NCBI GenBank assembly: GCA_965235115.1
Contig: OZ249436.1
Location: forward strand, 48,238,001 to 48,302,000
Source of the DNA: Laetmonice hystrix
Lineage: Eukaryota
DNA: 64,000 nt
Reading direction: 5' to 3'
A program made the position numbers and the translations under genes. How positions within the stretch are numbered: the first letter of the stretch is position 1; each line of letters begins with the position of its first letter. The notes below the pieces were generated by a model. It was given only the letters and a program-made list of their open reading frames with translations, had not been told where the DNA came from and did not search any database. Positions 51,236 to 64,000 of the stretch are shown one piece after another.

Positions 51236-54200
51236 ATAAGGCCAGCCAGTAGCCTACATGAAGGAAACCCTCACTGTAGTGTTCGCGCGGCAATAGTGCC
51301 AGCCAGTACATGTAGGGAGCCCTCACTGTAGTGTTCGCTCGACAATAAGGCCAGTCAGTACATGCAGGGAGCCCTCACTGTAGTGTCCACTCGACAATAA
51401 GGCCATTCAGTACATGTAGGGAGCCCTCACTGTAGTGTTCGCTCGACAATAAGGTCAGTCAGTACATGTAGGGAGCCCTGACTGTAGTGTGTGCTCGAAA
51501 ATAAGGCCAGTCAGTAGGCCCTACCTGCATGGAGCCCGCACTGTAGTGTTTGCTCGACAATAAGGCTAGTCAGTACATGTATGGAGCCCGCACGGTAGTG
51601 TTTGCTCGACAATAAGGCCAGTCAGTACCTGAATGAAGCCCGCAATGTAGTGTTCGCTCGCCAATAAGGCCAGTCAGCTAGTACGTGCAGGGAGTCCTCA
51701 ATGTAGTGTTCACGCGGCAATAAGGCCAGCCAGTACAGGTAGGGAGCCCTCACTCTAGTGTTCGCTCCACAATAAGGCCAGTCAATCCACTTAGGATGCC
51801 CTCATTGTAGTGTGCGGTCGACAATAAGGCCAGCCAGTACATGCATGGAGCAGTCACTGTAGTGTTCGCTCGACAATGAGGCCAGTCCTTACATGTAGGG
51901 AGCCCTCACTGTAGTGTTCTCACGGCAATAAGGCCAGTCAATACAAGTAGGGAGCGCTCACTGTAGTGTTCCCTCGGCAATAATGCCAGTCAGTACATGT
52001 AGGGAGCCCTCACTGTAGTGTTCGCTCGGCAATAAGGCCAGTCAGTACATGTAGGGAGCCCTCACTCTAGTGTTCGCTTGACAATAAACCCTGTCAGTAC
52101 ATGTAAGGCGCCCTCACTGTAGTGTACGCTCGACAACAAGGCCAGTCAGTACTGTAGTGTTTTTTGGTTTAAAATTGTTTTATTTCGCGAGTGCTCGACA
52201 TACAACATGTGCAGAACTGTCGGATTTCAGCACCAACGAAGAGAACTGAAGTTATAGCAATAAACAAGATAAGTTCAGTTAATTACAAGAACAAGATGGT
52301 AAGGATGGTAAATAGCAAAGAACATATAAACGGCTGAAGGTGTTCGGTCCACAATAAGGCCAGGCAATACACGTAGGAAGCCCTCATTGTAGCTAGTGTT
52401 CGGTCGACAATAAGGCCAGCTAGTACATGCAGGGAGCCGTCACTGTAGTGTTCGTGCAGCAATAATTAAGGCCAGCCAGTACAAGTATGGAGCCCACACT
52501 GTAGTGTTCGATCGACAATAAGGCCAGTAAATACATGCAAGGAGCCCTCACCGTAGTGTTCGCTCGACAATAAGGCCAGTCAGTACGTGCAGGGAGCCAT
52601 CACTGTAGTGTTCGCTCGGCAATAAGGCCAGTCAGTACATGAAGGGAACCCTCACTGTAGTGTTAATACCCTCGGCAATAAGGCCACTCCGTACATGTAG
52701 GGAGCCCTCACCTTAGTGTTCGCTCCAAAATAAGGCCTGTCAATACATGCAGGGAGCCCTCATTGTAGTGTTCGGTCGACCATTAGGCAAGACAGTACAT
52801 GTAGGGAACCCTCACTGTAGTGATCGCTCGACAATAAAGCCAGTCAGTACATGTATGGAGCCCTCACTGTAGTGTTCCTTCGACAATAAGGCCATTCAGT
52901 ACATGCAGGGAGCCCTCACCGTAGTGTTTGCTCGGCAATAAGGCCAGTCCGTACATGTAAGGAGCCCTCACTGTAGTGTTCACTCGAAAATAAGGCCAGT
53001 CAGTACATGTAGGGAGCCCTCACTGTAGTGTTCGCGCGGAAATAAAGCCAGCCAGTACATGTAGGGAGCCCTCACTGTAGTGTTCCATCGACAATAAGGC
53101 CAGTCAGTACATGTATGGAGCCCTCACTGTAGTGTTCGCTCGGCAATAAGGCCAACCAGTACATGCAGGGAGCCCTCACTGTAGTGTTCGCTAGGCAATA
53201 AGGCCAGTCAGTACATGCAGGGATCCCTCACTGTAGTGTTCGCTCGGCAATAAGGCCAGCCAGTACATGCAGGGAGCCCTCACTGTAGTGTTCGCTCGGC
53301 AATAAGGCCAGTCCTTATATCTAGGGAGCCTTCACTGTAGTGTTCGCTCCACAATAAGGCCAGTCAATACACGTATGAAGCCCTCACTGTAGTGTTCGCT
53401 GGGCAATAAGGCCAGTCAGTACATGTAGGGAGCCCTCACTGTAGTGTTCGCTCGACAATAAGGCCAGTCAGTACATGTTGGGAGCCCTCACTGTAGTGTT
53501 CGCGCGGCAATAAGGCCAGCCAGTACATGTAGGGAGCCCTCACTGTAGTGTTCCCTCAACAATAAGGCCAGTCAGTACATGTATGGAGCCCTCAATGTAG
53601 TGTTCGCTCGACAATAAGGCCAGTCAATACATGCTGGGAGCCCTCACCGTAGTGTTCGCTCGACAATAAGGCCAGTCAGTACATGCAGGGAGCCATCACT
53701 GTAGTGTTCGCTCGGCAATAAGACCAGCCAGTACATGAATGGAACCCTCACTGTAGGGTTCGCTGGGCAATAAGGCCAGTCCGTACATGTAGGGAGCCCT
53801 CACTGTAGTGTTCGCTCCAAAATAAGGGCAGTCAATACATGCAGGGAGCCCTCATTGTAGTGTTCGGTCGACAATAAGGCAAGACAGTACATGTAGGGAG
53901 CCCTCACTGTAGTGTTTGTTCGACAATGAGGCCATTCAGTACATGTAGGGAGCCCTCACTATACTGTTCGCTCGACAATAAAGCCAGTCAGTACATGTAG
54001 GGAGCCTTCACTGTAGTGTTCGCTCGATAATAATGCCAGTCAATACATGAATAGAGCCCTCACTCTAGTGTTCGCTCGACAATAAGGCCAGTCATTACAT
54101 GTATGGAGCCCTCACTATAATGTTCGCTCGACAATAAGGCCAGTCAGTACCTGCATGGAGCCCTCACTGTAGTGTTTGCTCGACAATAAGGCCAGTCAGT

Positions 54201-57200
54201 GCATGAAGGGAGTCCTCACTGTAGTGTTTGCTCGACAATAAGACCAGTCACTACATGTATGGAACCCTCACTGTAGTGTTCGCTCCAAAATAAGGCCAGT
54301 CAATACATGCAGGGAGCCCTCATTGTAGTGTTCGGTCGACAATAAGGCAAGACAGTACATGTAGGGAGCCCTCACTGTAGTTTGCTCGACAATAACGCCA
54401 TTCAGTACATGTATGGAGGCCTCACTGTAGTGTTTGCTCGACAATAAGGCCAGTCAGTACATGTATGGAGCCCTCACTGTAGTGTTCGTTCGACAATTAG
54501 CCAGTCAATACATGCAGGGAGCCCTCACTGTAGTGTTTGCTCGACAATAAGGCCAGTCAGTACATGCAGGGATCCCTCACGGTAGTGTTCGCTCGGCAAT
54601 AAGGCCAGTCAGTTCATGCAGGGATCCCTCACTGTAGTGTTCGCTCGGCAATAAGGCCAGCCAGTACATGCAGGGAGCCCTCACTGTAGTGATCGCTCCA
54701 CAATAAGGCCAGTCAATAGACGTAGGGAGCCCTCATTGTAGTGTTCGGTCGACAATAAGGCCAGCCAGCACATGCAGGAAGCCCTCACTGTAGTGTCCGG
54801 GCAGCAATAAGGCCAGCCAGTACATGTATAGAGCCCTCACTGTAGTGTTCGCTCGACAATAAGGCCAGTCAGTACATGCAGGGAGCCATCACTGTAGTGT
54901 TCGCTCGACAATAAGGCCAGTCAGTACATGTATGGAGCCCTCACTATAGTGTTTGCTCGACAATAAGGCCAGTCAGTACCTGCATGGAGCCCTCACTGTA
55001 GTGTTTGCTCGACAATAAGGCCAGTCAGTGCATGAAGGGAGTCCTCACTGTAGTGTTTGCTCGACAATAAGACCAGTCACTACATGTATGGAACCCTCAC
55101 TGTAGTGTTCGCTCCAAAATAAGGCCAGTCAATACATGCAGGGAGCCCTCATTGTAGTGTTCGGTCGACAATAAGGCAAGACAGTACATGTAGGGAGGCC
55201 TCACTGTAGTGTTTGCTCGACAATAACGCCATTCAGTACATGTATGGAGGCCTGACTGTAGTGTTTGTTCGACAATAAGGCCAGTCAGTACATGCAGGGA
55301 GCCCTCACCGTAGTGTTCCCTCGACAATAAGGCCAGCCAGTACATGAAGGGAGCCCTCACTGTAGTGTTCGGTCCACAATAAGGCCAGTCAATACACGTA
55401 GGGAGCCCTCATTGTAGTGTTCGATCGACAATAAGGCAAGACAGTACATGTAGGGAACCCTCACTGTAGTGTTCGCTCGACAATAAAGCCAGTCAGTACA
55501 TGTATGGAGCCGTGACTGTAGTGTTTGTTCGACAATAAGGCCAGTCAGTACATGCAGGGAGCCCTCACTGTGGTGTTCGGGCAGCAATAAGGTTAGCCAG
55601 TACATGTATGGAGCCCTCACTGTAGTGTTCGCTGGGCAATAAGGCCAGTCAGTACATGTAGGGAGCCCTCACTGTAGTGTTCGCTCGACAATAAGGCCAG
55701 TCGGTACATGTAGGGATCCCTCACTGTAGTGTTCGCGCGACAATAAGGCCAGCCAGTACATGTAGGGAGCCCTCACTGTAGTGTTCCATCGGCAATAAGG
55801 CCAGTGAGTACATGTATGGAGCCCTCACTGTAGTGTTCGCTCGGCAATAAGGCCAGCCAGTACATGCAGGGAGCCCTCACTGTAGTGTTCGGTAGGCAAT
55901 AAGGCCAGTCAGTACGTGCAGGGATCCCTCACTGTAGTGTTCGCTCGGCAATAAGGCCAGCCAGTACATGCAGGGAGCCCTCACTGTAGTGTTCGCTCGG
56001 CAATAAGGCTAGTCCTTACATCTAGGGAGCCCTCACTGTAGTGTTCGCTCCACAATAAGGCCAGTCAATACACAAAGGAAGCCCTCATTGTAGTGGTCGG
56101 TCGACAATAAGGCAAGCCAGTACACGCAGGGAGCACTCACTGTAGTGTTCGCTCGGCAATAAGGCCAGTCCGTACATGTCAGGAGCCCTAACTGTAGTGT
56201 CCGCTCCACAATAAGGCAAGACAGCACATGTAGGGAGCCTTCACTGTAGTGTTTGTTCGACAATAAAGCCATTCAGTACATGTAGGGAGCCCTCTTTGTA
56301 GTGTTCGGTCGACAATAAGGCCAGCCAGTACATGCAGGGAGCCCTCACTGTAGTGTTCGGGCAGCAATAAGGCCAGCCAGTACATGTAGGGAGCCCTCAC
56401 TGTAGTGTTCGCTGGGCAATAAGGCCAGTCAGTACATGTAGGGAGCCCTCACTGTAGTGTTCGCTCCAAAATAAGGCCAGTCAATACATGCAGGGAGCCC
56501 TCATTGTAGTGTTCGGTCGACAATAAGGCAAGACAGTACATGTAGGGAGCCTTCACTGTAGTGTTTGTCCGACAATAAGGCCATTCAGTACATGTAGCGA
56601 GCCCTCACTGTACTGTTCGCTCGACAATAAAGCCAGTCAGTACATGTAGGGAGCCTTCACTGTAGTGTTCGGTCGACAATAATGCCAGTGAGTACATGAA
56701 GGGAGTCCTCACTGTAGTGTTTGCTTGACAATAAGACCAGTCAGTACATGTATGGAACCCTCACTGTAGTGTTTGCTCGACAATAACGCCATTCAGTACA
56801 TGTAGAGAGCCCTCACTGTAGTGTTCGCTAGGCAATAAGGCCAGCCAGTACATGCAGGGAGCCTTCACTGTAGTGTTCGCTCGGCAATAAGGCCAGTCAG
56901 TACATGCAGGGATCCCTCACTGTAGTGTTCGCTCGGCAATAAGGCCAGCCAGTACATGCAGGGAGCCCTCACTGTAGTGTTCCGTCGACAATAAGGCCAG
57001 TCAGTACATGTATGGAGCCCTCACTGTAGTGTTCGCTCGGCAATAAGGCCAGCCAGTACATGCAGGGATCCCTCACTGTAGTGTTCGCTCGGCAATAAGG
57101 CCAGCCAGTACATGCAGGGAGCCCTCACTGTAGTGTTCGCTCGTCAATAAGGCCAGTCCTTACATCTAGGGAGCCCTCACTGTAGTGTTCGCTCCACAAT

Positions 57201-60200
57201 AAGGCCAGTCAATACACGAAGGAAGCCCTCATTGTAGTGTTCGGTCGACAATAAGGCACGACAGTACATGTGGGGAGCCCTCACTGTAGTGTTCGCTCGA
57301 CAATAAAGCCAGTTAGTACATGTATGGAGCCCTCACTGTAGTGTTTGTTTGACAATAAGGCCAGTCAGTACATGGAGGGAGCCCCCACCGTAGTGTTCGC
57401 TCGACAATAAGGCCAGCCAGTACATGAAGGGAGCCCTCACTGTAGTGTTCGCTCGGCAATAAGGCCAGTCCGTACATGTCAGGAGCCCTAACTGTAGTGT
57501 TCGCTCCACAATAAGGCCAGTCAATGCACGTAGGGAGCCCTCTCTGTAGTGTTCGGTCGACAATAAAGCCAGCCAGTACATGCAGGGAGCCCTCACTGTA
57601 GTGTTCGGGCAGCAATAAGGCCAGCCAGTACATGTATGGAGTTCTCACTGTAGTGTTCGCTGGGCAATAAGGCCAGTCAGTACATGTAGGGAGCCCTCAC
57701 TGTAGTGTTCGCGCGCAATAAGGCCAGCCAGTCCATGTAGAGAGCCCTCACTGTAGTGTTCCCTCGACAATAAGGCCAGTCAGTACATGTATGGAGCCCT
57801 CACCGTAGTGTTCGCTCGACAATAAGGCCAGTTAGTACATGTATGGAGCCCTCAATGTAGTGTTCGCTCGGCAATAAGGCCAGCCAGTACATGCAGGGAG
57901 CCCTCACTGTAGTGTTCGCTGGGCAATAAGGCCAGTCCGTACATGTAGGGAGCCCTCACTGTAGTGTTCGCTCCAAAATAAGGCCAGTCAATACATGCAG
58001 GGAGCCCTCAATGTAGTGTTCGCTCGACAATAAGGCCAGCCAGTACATGCAGGGAGCCTTCACTGTAGTGTTCGCTCGGCAATAAGGCCAGTCAGTACAT
58101 GCAGGGATCCCTCACTGTAGTGTTCGCTCGGCAATAAGGCCAGCCAGTACATGCAGGGAGCCCTCACTGTAGTGTTCCGTCGACAATAAGGCCAGTCAGT
58201 ACATGTATGGAGCCCTCACTGTAGTGTTCGCTCGGCAATAAGGCCAGCCAGTACATGCAGGGATCCCTCACTGTAGTGTTCGCTCGGCAATAAGGCCAGC
58301 CAGTACATGCAGGGAGCCCTCACTGTAGTGTTCGCTCGTCAATAAGGCCAGTCCTTACATCTAGGGAGCCCTCACTGTAGTGTTCGCTCCACAATAAGGC
58401 CAGTCAATACACGAAGGAAGCCCTCATTGTAGTGTTCGGTCGACAATAAGGCACGACAGTACATGTGGGGAGCCCTCACTGTAGTGTTCGCTCGACAATA
58501 AAGCCAGTTAGTACATGTATGGAGCCCTCACTGTAGTGTTTGTTTGACAATAAGGCCAGTCAGTACATGGAGGGAGCCCCCACCGTAGTGTTCGCTCGAC
58601 AATAAGGCCAGCCAGTACATGAAGGGAGCCCTCACTGTAGTGTTCGCTCGGCAATAAGGCCAGTCCGTACATGTCAGGAGCCCTAACTGTAGTGTTCGCT
58701 CCACAATAAGGCCAGTCAATGCACGTAGGGAGCCCTCTCTGTAGTGTTCGGTCGACAATAAAGCCAGCCAGTACATGCAGGGAGCCCTCACTGTAGTGTT
58801 CGGGCAGCAATAAGGCCAGCCAGTACATGTATGGAGTTCTCACTGTAGTGTTCGCTGGGCAATAAGGCCAGTCAGTACATGTAGGGAGCCCTCACTGTAG
58901 TGTTCGCGCGCAATAAGGCCAGCCAGTCCATGTAGAGAGCCCTCACTGTAGTGTTCCCTCGACAATAAGGCCAGTCAGTACATGTATGGAGCCCTCACCG
59001 TAGTGTTCGCTCGACAATAAGGCCAGTTAGTACATGTATGGAGCCCTCAATGTAGTGTTCGCTCGGCAATAAGGCCAGCCAGTACATGCAGGGAGCCCTC
59101 ACTGTAGTGTTCGCTGGGCAATAAGGCCAGTCCGTACATGTAGGGAGCCCTCACTGTAGTGTTCGCTCCAAAATAAGGCCAGTCAATACATGCAGGGAGC
59201 CCTCAATGTAGTGTTCGCTCGACAATAAGGCCAGCCAATACATGCTGGGAGCCCTCACCGTAGTGTTCGCTCGACAATAAGGCCAGTCAGTACATGTATG
59301 GAGCCCTCAGTGTAGTGTTCGGTCGACAATAAGGCAAAACAGTACATGTAGGGAGCCTTCACGGTAGTGTTTGTTTGACAATAAGGCCATTCAGTACATG
59401 TAGGGAGCCCTCACTGTACTGTTCGCTCGACAATAAAGCCAGTCAATACATGTATGGAGCTCTCACTGTAGTGTTCGCTCGACAATAAGGCCAGTCAGTA
59501 CCTGCATGGAGCCCTCACTGTATTTTTCTTTTGAAATGCACGGGCATCAGGGGTAACCCAATTACTTTGACAATGTCCCTAAAGAGAAAAGTTGTATAGT
59601 CCTCTACAGGAATCGAACCCAGGCCCTAAGATTACTGCACCCATTCGCATAGCATAAGGTGTCGACATCCATGCAGTACGTGTTTGCTCGACAATAAGGC
59701 CATTCAGTACATGTAGGGATATCCCTCACTGTAGTGTTTGGTCGACAATAAGGCCAGTCAGTACATGTATGGAGCCCTCACTGTAGTGTTCGCTAGGCAA
59801 TAAGGCCAGCCAGTACATGCAGGGAGCCCTCACTGTAGTGTTCGCTCGGCAATAAGGCCAGTCAGTACATGCAGGGATCCCTCACTGTAGTGTTCGCTCG
59901 GCTATAAGGCCAGCCAGTACATGCAGGGATCCCTCACTGTAGTGTTCGCTCGGCAATGCCAGCCAGTACATCCAGGGAGCCCTCACTGTAGTGTTCGCTA
60001 GGCAATAAGGCCAGTCAGTACATGCAGGGATCCCTCACTGTAGTGTTCGCTCGGCAATGCCAGCCAGTACATGCAGGGAGCCCTCACTGTAGGGTTCGCT
60101 AGGCAATAAGGCCAGTCAGTACATGCAGGGAGCCCTCACTGTAGTGTTCGCGCGACATTAAGGCCAGCCAGTACATGTAGGGAGCACTCAGTGTAGTGTT

Positions 60201-60574
60201 CGCTCAACAATAAGGCCAGTCCTTACATCTAGGGAGCCCTCACTGTAGTTTTAGCTCGACAATAAGGCCAGTCAGTACTTGTAGGGAGCCCTCACCGTAG
60301 TGTTCGCTCGACAATAAGGCCAGCCAGTACATGAAGGGAGCCCTCACTGTAGTGTTCGCTAGGCAATAAGGCCGGTCCATACATGTCAGGAGCCCTAACT
60401 GTAGTGTTCGCTCCACAATAAGGCCAGTCAATGCACGTAGGGAGCCCTCTTTGTAGTGATCGGTCGACAATAAGGCCAGCCAGTACATGCAGGGAGCCCT
60501 CACTGTAGTGTTCGGGCAGCAATAAGGCGAGCCAGTACATGTATGGAGCCCTCACTGTAGTGTTCGCTGGGCAA
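51236..60574. repeat. 52-bp satellite array, about 9.3 kb (roughly 170-175 monomers)
   Basis: Consensus aataaggccagtcagtacatgtagggagccctcactgtagtgttcgctcgac. The array is interrupted at 52162-52339 and 59523-59679. Confidence 0.98.
59523..59679 (-). mobile_element. Short insertion in the satellite, probably a tRNA-derived SINE fragment
   Basis: Pol III B-box GGTTCGATTCC on the minus strand (plus ggaatcgaacc 59609-59619) and an A-rich 3' end. No complete cloverleaf. Confidence 0.45.
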
Positions 60575-61359
60575 TAGGGACTGTAAGTCTCGGGCCGCAA
60601 ATATTACTTCCGGTGACACCCTATTATCGCTTAGCATAGGCCAAGATAGGGAGTCTCTATTCAACCCATGACTACGCTTGCTGGGGTGACTATTTGGATC
60701 AGAAAGGAGGGTTAGACTGTGAAACAGAATGTAGCAAAGGCTTGGAAAAATGTTCGGTGCCCTAGCATACTATTAGATATTTTAAAATCAATTAATTAGA
60801 ATTAAAATCGAGAGACCCAATCAGCGACGTCAGGAACAATGAACAATAGCGCTACGTCACAATGGGGCATGATGGAATGTGATCACGGCAGAGCCTAAAC
60901 ATAATGGCGGCCGGTGCTTCGCTTCAGCAGTTCAAACGCCTCTAACTGCTGAAATACACGAGTGAGGACGTCAAAAGATGACATGGGGAGCTAAAATATT
61001 GAACCAAATAATGTCATATACTTAGAATTGTGTTGTAAGGCTCCTCATTTCTTAACCAAGCAGTGTTAGCGTCGGAGGTTGGCAAAGTTTTGTGACGTCA
61101 CAATTCGGAGGCTCGTAATCTGACAGTTCTAGAGTAAATTTTGAAGAGACAAAACAATAGATGTGAATGTAATCGACTTTTATAGATCGAGGATAACTGT
61201 AGAATTGAGCCTGGATAGATTCTAAAATTATCTACGGTGGTTTAGTATTTTTAATTGACCGTTTTTGTTGGGGCCTAGCCAAAGTCAATGGGGGGATTGG
61301 TGGGGTTGTCACCGGAAGTGCTAAATCTCGCACTTTCCCGTTTTGACTTACAGTCCCTA
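60575..61359. mobile_element. Non-autonomous DNA transposon, Academ-like (TAG...CTA), capping the satellite
   Basis: Perfect 15-bp TIR TAGGGACTGTAAGTC / GACTTACAGTCCCTA, with flanks CAA and TAA. Confidence 0.75.
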
Positions 61360-61599
61360 TAAGCCACTTCGCAGTCTCAGCGCGCGCGAAGCATCATGGG
61401 ATTGCATCGGGATAAACAAACCGGCTGGCCCCACTAAAACGCTCTAATATCGCTCATATATTCAGAACATTCCAACTGTCTCTAGCAAGGTATATCTGGA
61501 TAAAAAATATCAAAGTTTGCGGGACGACTGCCTATATAGGCTAAATAATGAAGATTTCAAACGGTGTTTTATGGGTGACTGAGTATTTTATTAGAAAAC

Positions 61600-62045
61600 A
61601 TCCAGGAGTTGGCTACGCCTACGCCGGCCAAACATAGCCTCACTGACATAGTCATACTCATACTCATAGGCGTACATAGCACCGGAAGATATTCACAGGT
61701 GGGGGGGGGGGGGGGGGGGGGGGGCAAAAACCAAATCATAGGTCCCAAGTTCCGAGCGCCAAAGGCACGAAGCCTCGAGCGGGGGGTCTGGGGGTCCTCC
61801 CCCAGAAAAATCTGAGATTTAAAGTGCCAAATACGCGTTTTCCTGGCATCTTCTGGTAGGGAACAAAGTCTAGGACTAGGCCCTCTGACGGTCTGACCAT
61901 CTCCTGCCACCTTTGACCAACTTTAGCTGGGGGGGGGGAACTATATGCTTGCCCCCCCCCCCCCCCATCAGCTTTTGAGTTGGGGGGGGGGGGGCAACGG
62001 CCCCCTTTGCCCCCCCCCCCCCCCCCGGTTTCGGCGCCTAGACCT
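61600..62045. mobile_element. Cluster of poly-G/poly-C MITE fragments (hAT-like)
   Basis: Ends such as ggctacgcct, aggcgtac and cggcgccta, G/C runs, and the internal motif gagcgccaaaggcacgaagc...gggggtctgggggtcctccccc common in invertebrate MITEs. Confidence 0.45.
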
Positions 62046-62539
62046 AGGCTGTGCCAAACTTTAGAATTAGGGAGTCAGCTAGCTAACGCCGGTTAACGGT
62101 TAGAGTGCCGCCACATCCACAACCTGGCACAGGCACAAATTTGAGGGGATTAGGATCTAGAGTAGAGGCTAGACACTAGATCTATCTCTAGGCCTAGATC
62201 TACTATAACACGTTAGACTATAGTGGACTGGACTGGAGCACTCTGGCTCTGCCAGCTCTAATAATTTTTAAAATAACGATAACGATTTTAAACGCTGTTC
62301 CTCAGAAGGACTACCCCACCTTAGAGCAAGGCCGGTTGAGTGTCAATCTAATTAAAATTAGATCTTGGTATTCCGCTTCTCTCTCGGCTGTTTCAGTGCT
62401 GGAGCGCATGCGAAATAACTAAGACCTAATTTTAATTAGATTGGTTGAGTGTCAAGGGCAAGAAAGATGAACTATGTGCCTTACTTTGCCCTTAGCCTGT
62501 GCTGCTCACTGTGCTCAGAAACCTGTGCTGCCGTCAGCT

Positions 62540-62835
62540 CAGGAAAGTACCAGAAAGAAATTTGAGGAATACCAGACATTGCTGAAAATTGACAGTTGTA
62601 CCATTCCTGATCCCTTTGATCTTTCTGGATGGGTTGGCAAGGCATATTCCTATTTTGACTCTGCTTGGCTTCAGCAGATATGTTACCACATGCCCTATTT
62701 CTGAAAAATCTCCAGTATGCCTGATGAAGTCCTCATCCACCCCTTCTGCCCAGATATTCAACCCCTCCCACCAAATTTGGGTGGCTGTTGAGAATAAGAC
62801 AGGCACAGTTAATATTTGCTCATGTGTTGCTGGGT
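62540..62835 (+). pseudogene. Decayed transposon-associated SWIM-finger (KolX-like) coding fragment
   Basis: IPDPFDL.GW...GKAYSYFDSAWLQQICYH reads in one frame and continues after a frameshift as ISEKSPVCLMKSSSTPS...HQIWVAVENKTG...CSCVAG, followed by gtaagt. Confidence 0.5.
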
Positions 62836-64000
62836 AAGTCCATAAAAAAACTTTTAAAAATGTCAAAGATTAATTATAAATAAAGATAAATACAGTTCTT
62901 TTTATTCCAATAAATTTTTCTGTATAGGGGGCTACTCCATTTTTCATTACTTCAGGTTTGGGATACTTGTATGCAAAATGAAAGGGAGTATCAAAAAGGT
63001 AAACAAATTACAATTTTGTGAATTTACATCTGGGGATTTTATGGACTGATTGTACAGCATGTTTGTGTGGTTGACAGCAGGTCCAGGTTGTTTGGATTCT
63101 TTGGCCTGGGTCAATATTTAGTGTACCATGATGATGCTATATTTTTTGGTTGTAGCGCTCTGTCATTTTTTTAAAACTCAAACTGGTGGTGGGTGCTCTA
63201 CTTTAGCATGACAATAATGTTCCTTCTGTTGGATGATGTAACATTCCCTATTTAGTGTGATTCTTGAATGAATGAAGGTGCTACTTCAATTCACTGACCC
63301 TTATTAAATTTTAGTATTTGCATTTATGTAGGCCCTACATAGATGTAAAATACAAAAAGGTTCATGCCGCTAAAAAATGCAACCAAGCAACCAGAGCTAG
63401 TTTTGCATGTTGCATTCAAAACCATCGGCCAGCAAATAAGCATGATCTATATGATCAGATGAATGCAAATTTACTTTAGTTGACCCATGATTTCACCAGG
63501 TCTCAATGAGTATGGTCTTTGGGTAAGGTAATCCTTTATCGACATGTGCTAAATAAATTGTGATATTCCTTTTTAATTCAGAAACTGATAAATTCCTTGC
63601 CAGTTTTATAATCACTTTGTGTGTAACACAGTGTTAACTTCCATGCAAATTATACATGTATGTAGAAATTAGAACTTGTTTTTACTAAGTACCGGGCGTA
63701 CTACCAGATTTCTTGTATCCTTTTCTCTTTCTCTTTATTAGCAGTTTATTCACACCCCCAACCGCCCTACTGAGGAATGGGATCTTGAAATTTTTGTGTT
63801 CGTATTAGGGTAGTAGTAGTAGTAGTAGATCTAGTAGTAGTATAATAGTTTCTGATCCAAATTTGCATGAATGTCTGCTGCATATCATCTATTTCCATCG
63901 CTGAATGGTGTAAGTACTGTTGCTACACCCGCTAACTGCACAGATCCGCATGATTTTTCCAAGTGTCAGCAACTGACTGAAAGATAGAATAAAACAAGAG

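Noticed and set aside
59600..59640. Possible tRNA gene
   Set aside because: Only a B-box/T-arm is present; I could not build an acceptor stem or D-arm.
51236..60574. CRISPR-like appearance of the 52-bp array
   Set aside because: Monomers abut with no unique spacers and vary only by point substitutions. There are no cas genes and the context is eukaryotic. The ORFs inside are repeat artefacts.

Overview
Eukaryotic (metazoan) genomic DNA, most likely a lophotrochozoan such as a mollusc, judging from the SINE/MITE style. There is no prokaryotic operon or CRISPR array. I reconstructed four intron-containing genes by hand from GT-AG boundaries and codon phase. (1) A G-alpha 12/13 gene on the minus strand, with exon 1 at 27933-28397, a 25.3-kb intron, a 51-nt exon at 2586-2636, and the remainder apparently left of the window. 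(2) Head-to-head with it (ATGs 235 bp apart), a 19-exon, 721-aa M3A oligopeptidase A homolog with a mitochondrial-type presequence. It has lost two of three zinc ligands (HEXXH reads YEFGH; the downstream Glu is Gln) plus two transition-state residues, so it is a candidate mitochondrial pseudopeptidase and the most interesting item here. (3) DNAAF5/HEATR2 (11 exons, 834 aa), with a 63-bp tandem duplication of the exon-2 splice acceptor. (4) BRI3 on the minus strand. The rest is repeat-rich: a young 5'-truncated RNase H-bearing LINE with a 13-bp TSD, SINE fragments, many non-autonomous DNA transposons (Sola2-, Academ-, Kolobok- and Harbinger-like), 114-bp and 44-bp minisatellites, a 9.3-kb 52-bp satellite with higher-order duplication, and a decayed SWIM/KolX-like fragment. 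All family assignments are by motif recognition only; no database searches were run.
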